Positions 1 through 9,145 of a stretch of 64,000 nucleotides of DNA are shown here, in pieces; within the stretch, counting starts at the first letter, position 1; each line of letters starts with the position of its first letter. The translations under genes and the position numbers were made by a program. The notes below the pieces were generated by a model. That model worked only from the letters and a program-made list of their open reading frames with translations. It was not told the origin of the DNA and made no database searches. The stretch is from an uncultured Candidatus Rokubacteria bacterium. Its GTDB lineage: Bacteria; Methylomirabilota; Methylomirabilia; Rokubacteriales; DASRDR01. The stretch spans positions 81,877 through 145,876 of the forward strand of contig CAVPSB010000044.1 in NCBI GenBank assembly GCA_963708025.1, given 5' to 3'.

Positions 1-388
1 GGAGACAATCGCGGTCTTCCGGTCGTGCTCACCCGACAGGACGGCGGTGAGCTCGAACTCCCGGAGTGCCGACTGCAGGCGTCGCAGCCCGTCCTGGAGC
101 TCCGGCTCGAGACTCTCGTCGCCCTCCTCGAGCGCCATCTCCCAGAGCAGGCGCAGCTCACCCAGCTCCCGGCCGAGCACCTTGGCTCGATCGACCAGGC
201 CGCCCAGCTCGTTGCGCTCGCGGATCAACCCCTGGGCGCGCCGGGCGTCGTCCCAGAAGCTCGGGGCCCCCATCTCCGCCTCGATGGCGGCCACGCGCGC
301 CTCCTTGCCGGCGAGGTCAAAGATGCCCCCGGAGATCTTCGAGCCGCCGCTCGAGGTCGGTGAGGTCGCGTCGGAGGTCGCCGAGCAC
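1..388 (-). CDS. prfB: Peptide chain release factor 2 (5' part; continues past window edge), translated via programmed +1 frameshift
   Basis: Manual translation: GTG at 388 with GGAGG upstream, then ...LEDLRGHL / CTT TGA C / DLAGKEARVAAIEAEMGAPSFWDD...LSGEHDRKTAIVS, typical of RF2. Absent from the ORF track because of the frameshift. Confidence 0.95.
316..330 (-). other. prfB +1 ribosomal frameshift cassette (internal SD GGGGG, CTT TGA C)
   Basis: Minus strand reads CGG GGG CAT CTT TGA C, matching the conserved RF2 autoregulatory site. Confidence 0.93.
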
Positions 389-391
389 CGG

Positions 392-1930
392 CTACCTCCG
401 GCGCCCGGCCCAGGCCCGCGCGGCGAGCGCGGCCAGCGTGGCGGCGGCGCAGCCGTACGCGAAGACGTCCCCGAAGCGGGTGTAGAAGGTCGGCCGGCCG
501 GCCAGCGGCGCCTCGACCCGGAGGACGCCCCGGCGAGAGAGCGCCAGCTCGGGGCCGATCCGACCGTCGGGGCCGACCAGCGCGGAGACGCCGGTGTTGG
601 CGGCCCGCACGACGGCCACACCGTTCTCGACGGCCCGCAGCGGCACCATGGCCAGATGCTGGAGGGGGCCGCTCGACTCCCCGAACCAGGCGTCGTTCGT
701 GATGTTCACCATGAACCTCGCGCCCTCCCGGACGAACCCACGGAAGAGGTCCGGGAAGATGACCTCGTAGCAGATGACCGTTCCGAACGGCGCCCCCTCG
801 AGGGGGAACACCACCCGGTCGCGACCGGGGGTGAAGTCGCCGATCTCGGCCGCAAGCGCTTCCACGAAGAACAGCAGTCCTCTCAGGGGCACGTATTCCC
901 CGAAAGGCACGAGATGGATTTTATCATAGCGGGTCTGGAGACCCTCCGCGCGGACCAGGAACGCGCTGTTGAGGAAGTGGGTCGTCGCGCCCTCTTGGCG
1001 GGCGTCGGGGGCGCCGACGAGGAGCGGGGTGCCCAGTTCGCCGGCCAGTCGGGTCAGCCAGTCGATGACCCCCGGCTCGTAGGTGAGGTAGGCCGGCACC
1101 GCCGCTTCCGGCCAGACGACCAGCCGGCTCCCGGGGGTGACCTGCCGGGTCAGCTCGGCGTGGGTCTCGAGCGTGGCCCACCGGGAGGCCTTCTCCCACT
1201 TGATGGCCTGGTCGATGTGCCCCTGCACGATGCCGACCGGAACCGTCCCGGTCTCCGGCGCCGACCGGGACGCGCCGACCGCCAGCGTGGCACCGACGGC
1301 GACCCCGACGACCGCCGCGCTCACCGCCATGGCCGGCCGACTGCGCCGCACGAGCACCCACGCCAGCGCCGTGTTGCTCAGCGCGAGCAGGAACGAGACG
1401 CCGTACACGCCCGTCCAGGCGGCGATCCCGATCAGCTCGAGCCGTCGGTACGGGACGTAGCCGAGCAGGCCCCACGGGAAGCCGCTGAAGACATAGGTGC
1501 GGGCCAGCTCGCTCGATACCCAGAACGGCGGGGTCAGCCACACCGCCCCTGGGCCCAGGCGCGTCCCCAGCAACGCGACCGCGAAGGCCACCGCGCCCAC
1601 GTAGAGCGCGCAGTAGGCGGCGAGCGCGAGCAGCAGCAGGATCGCCAGAGGCCCGGAGAGGCTCGAATAGTGGGTCATCGAGTGGGTGATCCAGCGGAGG
1701 AGCGGGAGGAAGAACCCGAGGCCCGCGAGCCAGCCTTCGAGGAAGGCCCGGCCCGGCGACCGGGCGGTGGCGGCGAGGGCGAACACGGGAGCGAGCGCCA
1801 CCCAGCCGAGCAGATCCCACGCGGGTCGCGGATAGGCGAGGTGCAGAGCGAGCCCGGCGCCGGTTGCCACGAGGACCCGCCTGATCGATTCGGCTCCGCT
1901 GCCCCCTTCCCGTGTGATGTGAGGACTCAA
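392..1930 (-). CDS. lnt: Apolipoprotein N-acyltransferase
   Basis: N-terminal TM helices; GFPWGLLGY, VVWPEAA, YDKIHLVPFGEYVP, ICYEVIFP, TNDAWFG, RAANTGVS motifs. Start approximate. Confidence 0.95.
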   Translation of the reverse strand: MSPHITREGGSGAESIRRVLVATGAGLALHLAYPRPAWDLLGWVALAPVFALAATARSPGRAFLEGWLAGLGFFLPLLRWITHSMTHYSSLSGPLAILLLLALAAYCALYVGAVAFAVALLGTRLGPGAVWLTPPFWVSSELARTYVFSGFPWGLLGYVPYRRLELIGIAAWTGVYGVSFLLALSNTALAWVLVRRSRPAMAVSAAVVGVAVGATLAVGASRSAPETGTVPVGIVQGHIDQAIKWEKASRWATLETHAELTRQVTPGSRLVVWPEAAVPAYLTYEPGVIDWLTRLAGELGTPLLVGAPDARQEGATTHFLNSAFLVRAEGLQTRYDKIHLVPFGEYVPLRGLLFFVEALAAEIGDFTPGRDRVVFPLEGAPFGTVICYEVIFPDLFRGFVREGARFMVNITNDAWFGESSGPLQHLAMVPLRAVENGVAVVRAANTGVSALVGPDGRIGPELALSRRGVLRVEAPLAGRPTFYTRFGDVFAYGCAAATLAALAARAWAGRRR

Positions 1931-1969
1931 GCCGTCAGACCGGATGCGCCGGCTCCCATTCCCGCCGAC

Positions 1970-2112
1970 CGTCGGCTTCTCGCAACGGGTTGATTGCCGT
2001 TCTCACGCTCGAGGAGTCCCACTCCGGGCCGCGGCCCAAAGGCCGAAGGCCGTCCATCAGTCGCGGCCTCCGAGGAGGGGGCAGCGGGGGGTCTTCCGAG
2101 ACCCCCCGGAGA
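1970..2112. repeat. Intergenic repeat family 1 (GGCTTCTCGCA ... GGGGGGTCTTCCGAGACCCCCC hairpin) carrying a 20-bp GGCCGAAGGCC module
   Basis: Shared blocks with 3369-3478 and 26847-26964. Confidence 0.8.
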
Positions 2113-2114
2113 AA

Positions 2115-2852
2115 CTATCGCCCATGGAGGAGACGGTCTCCGAGGACAAGCGGGAGGCCGACCGCGTGGATCCGCCGACGGGCCTCGGCGGTGTCGTACG
2201 GCACGCGACGGATCTCCACCCACCCGCCGTCGAGATCCCACAAGGCATAGGCGGCCATCGGGTCCCCGTCGCGCGGCTGACCCACGCTGCCAACGTTGAC
2301 GATGTAGCGCTCGCCCGGATGCGCGTCGATCCGCACCGCGCCCCGGGCGAAGTCGACACGCCCGTCCTCGCCCAGGGCCCACGCCGCCGGCAGGTGCGAG
2401 TGCCCGACGAAGCAGAAGGGGGTCGAGAAGGCGGGAAACGCCCGGGCCCCGTCGCGGGGCGCCACCAGGTAGGGCCACTCGCCGGGATCCCGGGGCGAGG
2501 CGTGGACCAGCGTGGCGCCGGCATGCTCCCGCACTAGCGGCAGCGTCGTCAGGTAGCGGGCCTGCGCAGGGTGGAGCCGCCCCGCGGTCCACTCGGCGGC
2601 GGCGCGGGCGAAGGGGTTGAACCACTCGAGATCCATGAGCCCGGCCGCGGCGTGGTCGTGGTTGCCGGCGACGGCGATCGCGTCGTAGCCGAGCAAGAGG
2701 TCGACGACGAGGTCGGGATCCGCGCCGTAGCCGACCATGTCGCCGAGGCAGAGGAGGCCGCCGACGCCGACGCCCGAGCGGGCGAGGTCGACCAGCACCG
2801 CGGCCAGCGCCGGCTCGTTGCCGTGGATGTCGGAGAGGACCCCGTACCTTAC
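2115..2852 (-). CDS. Calcineurin-like metallophosphoesterase
   Basis: RYGVLSDIHGN, CLGDMVGYG, GNHD, HASP, GHSH, NVGSVGQPRDG motifs. The expected start position is GTA (2852), so the start is uncertain. Confidence 0.88.
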   Translation of the reverse strand, partial: VRYGVLSDIHGNEPALAAVLVDLARSGVGVGGLLCLGDMVGYGADPDLVVDLLLGYDAIAVAGNHDHAAAGLMDLEWFNPFARAAAEWTAGRLHPAQARYLTTLPLVREHAGATLVHASPRDPGEWPYLVAPRDGARAFPAFSTPFCFVGHSHLPAAWALGEDGRVDFARGAVRIDAHPGERYIVNVGSVGQPRDGDPMAAYALWDLDGGWVEIRRVPYDTAEARRRIHAVGLPLVLGDRLLHGR

Positions 2853-3259
2853 GGGCAGAGCTCCCGGCGGACGCGATCCAGTAGTCCGTTGATGAAGCGC
2901 GTGGACTCCTCGGTGGAGAACTTCCGGGCCACCTCGAGCGCCTCGTTGATCGCGACCTTCGGCGGCACGTCTCCCGCCCACAAGAGCTCGAAGATCCCGG
3001 CCCGGAGGATGTTGCGGTCGACCACGGCCATGCGGTCGAGGTCCCACCGTTCGGCGAAGCGGGTGATCAGCTCGTCGATCTTGTCCTGGTGCGCCTTGGT
3101 GCCCCGGACGAGGGTCTCGGCGAAGCTCCGGACCTCGTCGGGCGCCGGCTGCCGCTGCCAGAACTCGTCGAGCGCTTCGCCGGGATCGGCGGCCCCCCGG
3201 AGATCCAGCTCGTACAGGAGCTGGAGGGCCAGCTCGCGCGCCTTCCGCCGCTTCCCCAT
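2849..3259 (-). CDS. nusB: Transcription antitermination factor NusB
   Basis: MGKRRKARELALQLLYE, WDLDRMAVVDRNILR, VAINEALEVARKF, FINGLLD. Confidence 0.96.
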   Translation of the reverse strand: MGKRRKARELALQLLYELDLRGAADPGEALDEFWQRQPAPDEVRSFAETLVRGTKAHQDKIDELITRFAERWDLDRMAVVDRNILRAGIFELLWAGDVPPKVAINEALEVARKFSTEESTRFINGLLDRVRRELCP

Positions 3260-3262
3260 GGG

Positions 3263-3478
3263 CTGTTCGGGACCTCCCGCCTACCCGATCCTTCGACCTT
3301 TTTCCGAGACCCCACGAATGTTCTCAGAGTCTGCGAACCAATGCCTCAGGCTCCTTGATCCCACCACGCGTCGGCTTCTCGCAACCCTCTGACTCTGGCC
3401 CCGCGGCCGTGGCGTTCCACTTCGAGCCGCGGCTTCGCCGCGGCGTCCGAGGGGGGGCTTCCGAGACCCCCCCGGAGA
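3263..3478. repeat. Composite intergenic repeat (family 2 TGTTCGGGACCTCCC block plus family 1 blocks)
   Basis: GGGACCTCCC(G/T)CCTACCCGATCCTTCGAC shared with 3990-4018; GCCGCGGCTTCGCCGCGGC and the CTTCCGAGACCCCCC hairpin shared with 26847-26964. Confidence 0.8.
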
Positions 3479-3480
3479 TC

Positions 3481-3987
3481 TCAGCCCCGGGCCGGGCGCC
3501 GGCGCGGGCGGCCGCCCAGGCTCTGGAAGAGTCCGACCAGCTCCAGCGCGGCCAGCGCCGCCTCCTCGCCGCGATTGCCGACGCGGCCCCCGGCCCGCTC
3601 GACGGCCTGCTCCTGAGTGTTGGCGGTGATGACCCCGAAGGTCGCCGGCACGCCGGTCAGCCGTGCCACCTCCCCGATCCCCCGGGCCGCCTCGCCGGCC
3701 ACGTACTCGAAGTGCGGTGTCTCGCCCCGGATCACGCAGCCGACGCAGACCAGCGCGTCGACCGCCCGATGCCGCGCCAGGGCCAGGGCGACCTGCGGGA
3801 GCTCGAAGGCGCCCGGCACCCAGACGACCAGGACGTCCTTGTCGGCCACGCCGTGCCGGCGGAGCGTCTCGCGGGCGCCGTCGACCAGACGCTTGCCGAT
3901 CTCCTCGTGAAAGCGCGAGGCGACGATCGCGAAGCGCCGGCCGCGGGCCGACAGCCCGGCCCGGGCCCCGGGGGCTCTTCCCGCCGT
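3481..3987 (-). CDS. ribH: 6,7-dimethyl-8-ribityllumazine synthase
   Basis: Frame extends upstream of the ORF-track start: LSARGRRFAIVASRFHEEI...WVPGAFELP...GCVIRGETPHFEYVA. No ATG/GTG/TTG at the expected start; ACG at 3987 proposed. Confidence 0.93.
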   Translation of the reverse strand, partial: TAGRAPGARAGLSARGRRFAIVASRFHEEIGKRLVDGARETLRRHGVADKDVLVVWVPGAFELPQVALALARHRAVDALVCVGCVIRGETPHFEYVAGEAARGIGEVARLTGVPATFGVITANTQEQAVERAGGRVGNRGEEAALAALELVGLFQSLGGRPRRRPARG

Positions 3988-4075
3988 TTGGGACCTCCCT
4001 CCTACCCGATCCTTCGACGGCCTTCGGCCTTTGGCCCCCCTCCCCCACCCACTGGGGGGAGGGGGGGGCCGGAGA
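3988..4075. repeat. Intergenic repeat family 2 with 20-bp module and G/C hairpin
   Basis: GGGACCTCCC..CTACCCGATCCTTCGAC, then GACGGCCTTCGGCCTTTGG, then a CCCCCCTCCCCCA/TGGGGGGAGGGGGG hairpin. Confidence 0.75.
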
Positions 4076-4118
4076 AGCTGTCGGGACGAGCGCGAGGAGA
4101 CGATTCGTTCACGGGCCC

Positions 4119-5375
4119 TCAGAACGAGAAGAGGTGGCCGAGCTTGTCCTGCTTCGTCTTCAGGTAGAAGCGGTTCTGCTCGGACGGGAGGATCTCGATC
4201 GGCACCCGCTCGGCCACCGTGAGGCCGTAGCCCTCGAGGCCCACGATCTTCTTGGGGTTGTTCGTCAAGAGCCGCATGGTGCGGATCCCGAGGTCCACCA
4301 GGATCTGGGCCCCGATTCCGTAGTCGCGGAGGTCCGCCTTGAAGCCGAGGGCCTCGTTGGCCTCGACCGTGTCCTTGCCCGCATCCTGCAGCTCGTAGGC
4401 CTTGACCTTGTTCAGGAGCCCGATGCCACGGCCCTCCTGCCGCATGTAGACGAGGGCGCCGCGCCCGGCACTGGCGATGATGGCCAGTGCCTTACGGAGC
4501 TGATCCCCGCAATCACAGCGGAGCGACTGGAAGACGTCGCCGGTCAGGCACTCGGAGTGGACGCGGACGAGCACCGGATCGTCCCCCCGGATCTCGCCCA
4601 TGACCAGGGCCGGCACCACGCGGTCGTCCACCGTCGTCTCGTAGGCGATCGCGGTGAACGTGCCGTACGGCGTCGGCAGGACCGTGGTGGCCGCGCGGTG
4701 AATCAGCTTGTCCTTCTGGATCCGGTACCGGATCAGGTCCCTGATCGTGATCATCCGGAGCCCGTGCGCCTCGGCCAGGGCCAGCAGCTGGGGCATCCGG
4801 GCCATCCGGCCTTCTTCGTCCATCACCTCGCAGATGACGCCGGCCGGCAGGCATCCGGCCAGCCGCGCGAGGTCCACGGCGGCCTCGGTGTGCCCGGCGC
4901 GGCGCAGCACGCCGCCCGGCATCGAGCGGAGCGGGAAGATGTGGCCGGGCCGGGCCAGGTCCTCGGCCCGGGTCGCGGGGTCGAGCAGGGCGCGGATCGT
5001 CAGCGCGCGATCGTACGCGGAGGTGCCGGTGGTGACGCCCCGCTTGGCGTCCACGCTGACTGTGAACGCCGTGCCCATGCTCGCGGTGTTCTCGCTCACC
5101 ATCATGGCGATCCGCAGCTCGTCCAGCCGCTCGCCGGTCAGGGGGACGCAGATGAGGCCCCGGCCGTGCTTCGCCATGAAGTTGACCGCCTCCGGCGTCG
5201 CGCGGTCGGCGGCCATGAGGAGGTCGCCCTCGTTCTCGCGATCCTCGTCGTCGACCACGACGAGCATCCGCCCCTGCCGGATCTCCTGGATGGCCTCCTC
5301 GATGGCTACGAAGGGCGCCGGCCGCGGGTCGCGGTCGTCGTCCGCTCGCTCGCGCGGATCAGTTGACGGTGTCAT
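4119..5375 (-). CDS. ribBA: Bifunctional DHBP synthase / GTP cyclohydrolase II
   Basis: [57 protein letters not shown]. Confidence 0.97.
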   Translation of the reverse strand: MTPSTDPRERADDDRDPRPAPFVAIEEAIQEIRQGRMLVVVDDEDRENEGDLLMAADRATPEAVNFMAKHGRGLICVPLTGERLDELRIAMMVSENTASMGTAFTVSVDAKRGVTTGTSAYDRALTIRALLDPATRAEDLARPGHIFPLRSMPGGVLRRAGHTEAAVDLARLAGCLPAGVICEVMDEEGRMARMPQLLALAEAHGLRMITIRDLIRYRIQKDKLIHRAATTVLPTPYGTFTAIAYETTVDDRVVPALVMGEIRGDDPVLVRVHSECLTGDVFQSLRCDCGDQLRKALAIIASAGRGALVYMRQEGRGIGLLNKVKAYELQDAGKDTVEANEALGFKADLRDYGIGAQILVDLGIRTMRLLTNNPKKIVGLEGYGLTVAERVPIEILPSEQNRFYLKTKQDKLGHLFSF

Positions 5376-6094
5376 CCGGAGGCCTCCCCTGTCGGCGCCA
5401 GCAAGCCGTGGCGCTCGAGGAACTCGCGGGCTTCTCCAGCTTTCGTCTTTCGTCCGCGCCCGGCTCCCTTGGCGCCGGTTCTAGGGCGAGCTGCCCGGCG
5501 CGGACTGGCTGGCAAGAGCGCCCGCACGTACTTGCCGATCACGTCCATCTCCAGGTTGACGCGGGCGCCGACGCCGCGGCGACCGAGCGTCGTCGCCGCC
5601 AGCGTGTGGGGGATGAGGGCCACGCTGAACGTGGCCTCCCCCAGCGCGGCGATGGTCAGGCTCACCCCGTCCACCGCGACCGAGCCCTTCGGGATCAGGA
5701 GCGGCCGCAGCCCGCCCGGTATCGCGATCGTCAGCCGGCGGCCCGCCCCTTCGGCGTCGGCCGCCGCCACCCGGCCCACGCCGTCCACGTGGCCGAGCAC
5801 CAGGTGGCCTCCGAGGCGCGCCCCGAGGCGAAGCGGCCGCTCCAGGTTGACCGCGTCGCCCGTCACGAGGTCGCCGAGCGTCGTCACCCGAAGCGTCTCG
5901 TCCGCCAGATCGAACATTAGGCGCTCGGACTCGACCGTCACCGCCGTCAGGCACACGCCGCTGACCGCGATGCTGTCGCCCCGGGCGGTTTCCCCGCTCC
6001 ACCCACGGGGCACCCGCACGGTGAGGCGGTGCCCCGCCCCGCCGGAGCTCACGCTCTCCGCTTCGCCGAGCGCCTCGACCAGCCCCGTGAACAT
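5372..6094 (-). CDS. ribE: Riboflavin synthase alpha chain
   Basis: [44 protein letters not shown]. Confidence 0.96.
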   Translation of the reverse strand: MFTGLVEALGEAESVSSGGAGHRLTVRVPRGWSGETARGDSIAVSGVCLTAVTVESERLMFDLADETLRVTTLGDLVTGDAVNLERPLRLGARLGGHLVLGHVDGVGRVAAADAEGAGRRLTIAIPGGLRPLLIPKGSVAVDGVSLTIAALGEATFSVALIPHTLAATTLGRRGVGARVNLEMDVIGKYVRALLPASPRRAARPRTGAKGAGRGRKTKAGEAREFLERHGLLAPTGEASG

Positions 6095-7245
6095 CAGCGC
6101 GCCACGTCCCCTTCGATCAGGAGGTCTTCGCCGATGGAGCGATAGGTTACCCCCGTCACATTCACAGCCTCCTTGAGAGCTCGCCCGACCCCGCCGAGCG
6201 GCCCGGGCGCCGTGCGCCCCCCGAGGAGACGGGGCGCTACGAAGAAGGCTACCCGGTTGACCAGCCCGGCGTCCAGTAGGCCGGCGCCGAGCTCAGCCCC
6301 GCCCTCGGCCAGCACCGCCACCACGTCGAGCTCCGCCAGCTTCGCCAGGAGGGCCGGGAGGCTGACCCGGCGGCTCTCCCGCTCGCGGGGCAGCTCGAGC
6401 ACCTGAACCCCCAGGCTCCGCAGGGCATCCGCCCGCCGCCGGGGGATCGGCGCCGCCCCGGCGACGATCGTCCGCGCCGGGGTCCCGGCCCGGAGGATCT
6501 GGGCGGCGGGCGGCGTCCTCAGTCGGCTGTCGGCCACGACCCGGAGCGGCTCCTTGGGCGGCACCTCGGGCAGCCGCACGGTGAGCGCGGGGTCGTCGCG
6601 GAGGACGGTGCCGATCCCCACCAGGACGGCGTCCGCGAGGAAGCGGAGCCGATGGCCCTCCCGGCGGGCGGCCTCACCGGTGATCCAGCGGGAGGTGCCG
6701 TCCCAGGCGGCGATCTTTCCGTCGAGCGTCATCGCCGCCTTCAGGGTAACGTGGGGCCGGCCGGTCGTGACGCGCGTGAAGAACGCGCGGTTGACGGCCC
6801 GCGCCTCGGCTTCGCCGACGCCGACCGTGACGGCGATGCCCGCTTCCGCGAGGGCCGCGAGGCCCCGCCCGTTCACCCGTGGGTTCGGATCCTGGCAGGC
6901 GGCGACGACGCGCGCGACGCCCGCCGCGATGAGCGCCTCCACGCACGGCGGGGTGCGTCCGTGGTGGGCACAGGGCTCGAGGGTGACGTAGCACGTCGCG
7001 CCCCGCGCGGCGTCCCCGGCCTGGGCCAGGGCGGCCACCTCGGCGTGCGGTCCACCAGCGCGCAGGTGGGCGCCTTCGGCGACGAGGCCGCCGGCCCGGA
7101 CGAGGACGGCACCGACCGCGGGGTTCGGAGAGGTGAGGCCCAGCCCCCGGGCCGCGAGCGACAGGGCTCGTGCCATCCAGACGTGGTCGCCCCCGTCAGG
7201 CTCCGAGGAGGGGGCTCCGGCCTGGCCCGGTATGCTTACCGGCAT
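6094..7245 (-). CDS. ribD: Riboflavin biosynthesis deaminase/reductase
   Basis: TSPNPAVGAV, HAE, TLEPCAHHGRTPPC, KAAMTLDGKIA, WITG, EGG. Start ATG 7245 (ORF-track start lies inside ftsY). Confidence 0.95.
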   Translation of the reverse strand: MPVSIPGQAGAPSSEPDGGDHVWMARALSLAARGLGLTSPNPAVGAVLVRAGGLVAEGAHLRAGGPHAEVAALAQAGDAARGATCYVTLEPCAHHGRTPPCVEALIAAGVARVVAACQDPNPRVNGRGLAALAEAGIAVTVGVGEAEARAVNRAFFTRVTTGRPHVTLKAAMTLDGKIAAWDGTSRWITGEAARREGHRLRFLADAVLVGIGTVLRDDPALTVRLPEVPPKEPLRVVADSRLRTPPAAQILRAGTPARTIVAGAAPIPRRRADALRSLGVQVLELPRERESRRVSLPALLAKLAELDVVAVLAEGGAELGAGLLDAGLVNRVAFFVAPRLLGGRTAPGPLGGVGRALKEAVNVTGVTYRSIGEDLLIEGDVAR

Positions 7246-7268
7246 GGGGAGACCTGCATCCGCGACGC

Positions 7269-8183
7269 TCAGCCGACGAGGGCGGTAACGAAGGCGTCGG
7301 GGTCGAAGGGGGCGAGATCCTCGGGTCGCTCGCCGGTGCCGATCAGCTTGATCGGCAACCCCAGCTCGCGGACGATGCGGACGACGATCCCGCCCTTGGC
7401 GGTCCCGTCGAGCTTCGTCAGCACGAGACCGCTGAGGGTGAGTGCCTCGTGGAAGAGGCGGGCCTGGGCGATCCCGTTCTGCCCGGTGGTCGCGTCGAGC
7501 ACGAGCAGCGTCTCGTGCGGCGCCCCCGGAAGCTGCCGGCCCACGACGCGCTTCACCTTCTCCAGCTCGGTCATGAGGTTCGTCTTGGTGTGAAGCCGTC
7601 CCGCGGTGTCGATGATCAGGACGTCGACGCGCCGCGCCTGCGCGGCCTTCACCGCGTCGAACGCCACCGCGGACGGGTCCGCGCCCGGCCCCTGCTTGAC
7701 GACGGGCACGCCCACCCGCTCGCCCCACCGCTCGAGCTGCTCGATGGCCGCGGCGCGGAACGTGTCGCCGGCCGCCAGCAAGACTTGGTGCCCCGAGGCC
7801 TTGAGCTGCCCGGCGAGCTTCCCGCACGTCGTCGTCTTGCCGGAGCCGTTCACCCCGAGGACGAGCAGGACCGCCGGTCGCGCGTCGAGGGCGAGCGGCG
7901 CGCCCCCGCCCTTGAGCGCGGTCCGCAGGTGGGCGGCCAGGGCTTCCCTGACGTCACCGCCGGTCAGGCGGCCTCGCCGCGCCTGGTCACGCACCGCCTC
8001 GATGAACGCCTCGGTCGTCTCGACACCGAGATCCGCCTGGATCAGGATCTCCTCGAGATCCTCGATCGTCGCCGGCTGGAGCTCCTCGCCCTTGAAGACG
8101 CGGTCCAGTCCCTCCTGGACGGCATCCCGAGTCTTGGCCAGCGTCTGGCGGAAGCGCTCGGTGAGTCCGGAGAAGAGCTTCAC
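7269..8183 (-). CDS. ftsY: SRP receptor FtsY (short form, no acidic domain)
   Basis: GVNGSGKTTT, DTFRAAA, DTAGR, TKLDGTAKGG. GTG start overlaps the upstream stop (GTGA). Confidence 0.96.
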   Translation of the reverse strand: MKLFSGLTERFRQTLAKTRDAVQEGLDRVFKGEELQPATIEDLEEILIQADLGVETTEAFIEAVRDQARRGRLTGGDVREALAAHLRTALKGGGAPLALDARPAVLLVLGVNGSGKTTTCGKLAGQLKASGHQVLLAAGDTFRAAAIEQLERWGERVGVPVVKQGPGADPSAVAFDAVKAAQARRVDVLIIDTAGRLHTKTNLMTELEKVKRVVGRQLPGAPHETLLVLDATTGQNGIAQARLFHEALTLSGLVLTKLDGTAKGGIVVRIVRELGLPIKLIGTGERPEDLAPFDPDAFVTALVG

Positions 8184-8956
8184 GGACCGGGCTCGCGGGG
8201 GAGCATCAGGTCCCAGACGACCTGGCCCCGGGCCCCGAGCGGGGGGAGCGCCACGCCGTCCAGCTCCAGGCTCAGCCCCCCCGCGTTCCCCACCGTGACC
8301 GTGAAGCGCCCGGGGCTGCGCCACTCGCGCACGGTCCCGGGCTCCAGCATTTCCTGCTGCACCGCCCCATCCGCCGGGCGAACCCAGACCCAGGTCGACT
8401 CGTGAGCCCGCGCGACTAGAGTGTGGGCGGCGGCTTCCTGCGCCGGATCGAGCCGCGTCCCCGGCCGATCCGCGGCCGGCGCCGTGGGCGGGTCGCCGGG
8501 CCGGGCGGGCACCCCGCCCTCGCTGGCCGGGCGGGGAGGCTCCGCGGGACCGGTCGCCGCGGACGAGGCCAGGAGGTAAACGGCGCCGCCGACGACGATC
8601 AGGATTCCGGCCACGAGGAGGTGCGGCGCGAGCGACCGCCAGGTGAGCCACGACCCAGACCCCGGCGCCGCTTTGAGGACGCTGGCCGGCAGCTTCGCCG
8701 CCGGCCGCTCGTTGACCCGCACCCAGGCATTGAAGAGCGCGAGGGCCCGGTCCGGCGGCTCGGCCACGGCGGCACAGAAGGATCGAATGAAGCCGCGGAC
8801 GAACACAGGAGCCGGCAGGTCCCGCAAGCGGCCTTCCTCGAGGGCTACGACGAAACGCGGGGGGACCCGGGTGGCGCGCGAGAGATCGTCGAGCGACGAT
8901 CTCTTAGCCTCTCGGCATTCGCGAAGTAGCGCGCCGAGTTCCGCGCCGTCCGGCAT
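8180..8956 (-). CDS. rodZ: RodZ-like protein (HTH, TM helix, DUF4115)
   Basis: LGALLRECRE, LEEG..LPAPVFVRGFIRSF, single TM, VGNAGGLSLELDG C-terminal domain. Confidence 0.8.
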   Translation of the reverse strand: MPDGAELGALLRECREAKRSSLDDLSRATRVPPRFVVALEEGRLRDLPAPVFVRGFIRSFCAAVAEPPDRALALFNAWVRVNERPAAKLPASVLKAAPGSGSWLTWRSLAPHLLVAGILIVVGGAVYLLASSAATGPAEPPRPASEGGVPARPGDPPTAPAADRPGTRLDPAQEAAAHTLVARAHESTWVWVRPADGAVQQEMLEPGTVREWRSPGRFTVTVGNAGGLSLELDGVALPPLGARGQVVWDLMLPREPGP

Positions 8957-9145
8957 GATGGATCGTAGTCTAGCACAGGGGTCCGCTGCAGCCACAAAAC
9001 CAGGGCCGCTCGCCCCCGGCGGCAGCCCGTCCCCCCCCGCGGGGGACCTGGCCCTCTGGGCGGTAGCTGTCGGACCCTTCCGTCTCCTCCCCCCTGCTCA
9101 CCAAGTCCGTCGGGGGCGGTCCGGAAGACCCCCGCAAAAGTGCTC

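Noticed and set aside
7245-7270. FMN riboswitch upstream of the rib genes
   Set aside because: ribD starts ~23 nt after ftsY, leaving no room, and no RFN consensus was seen.
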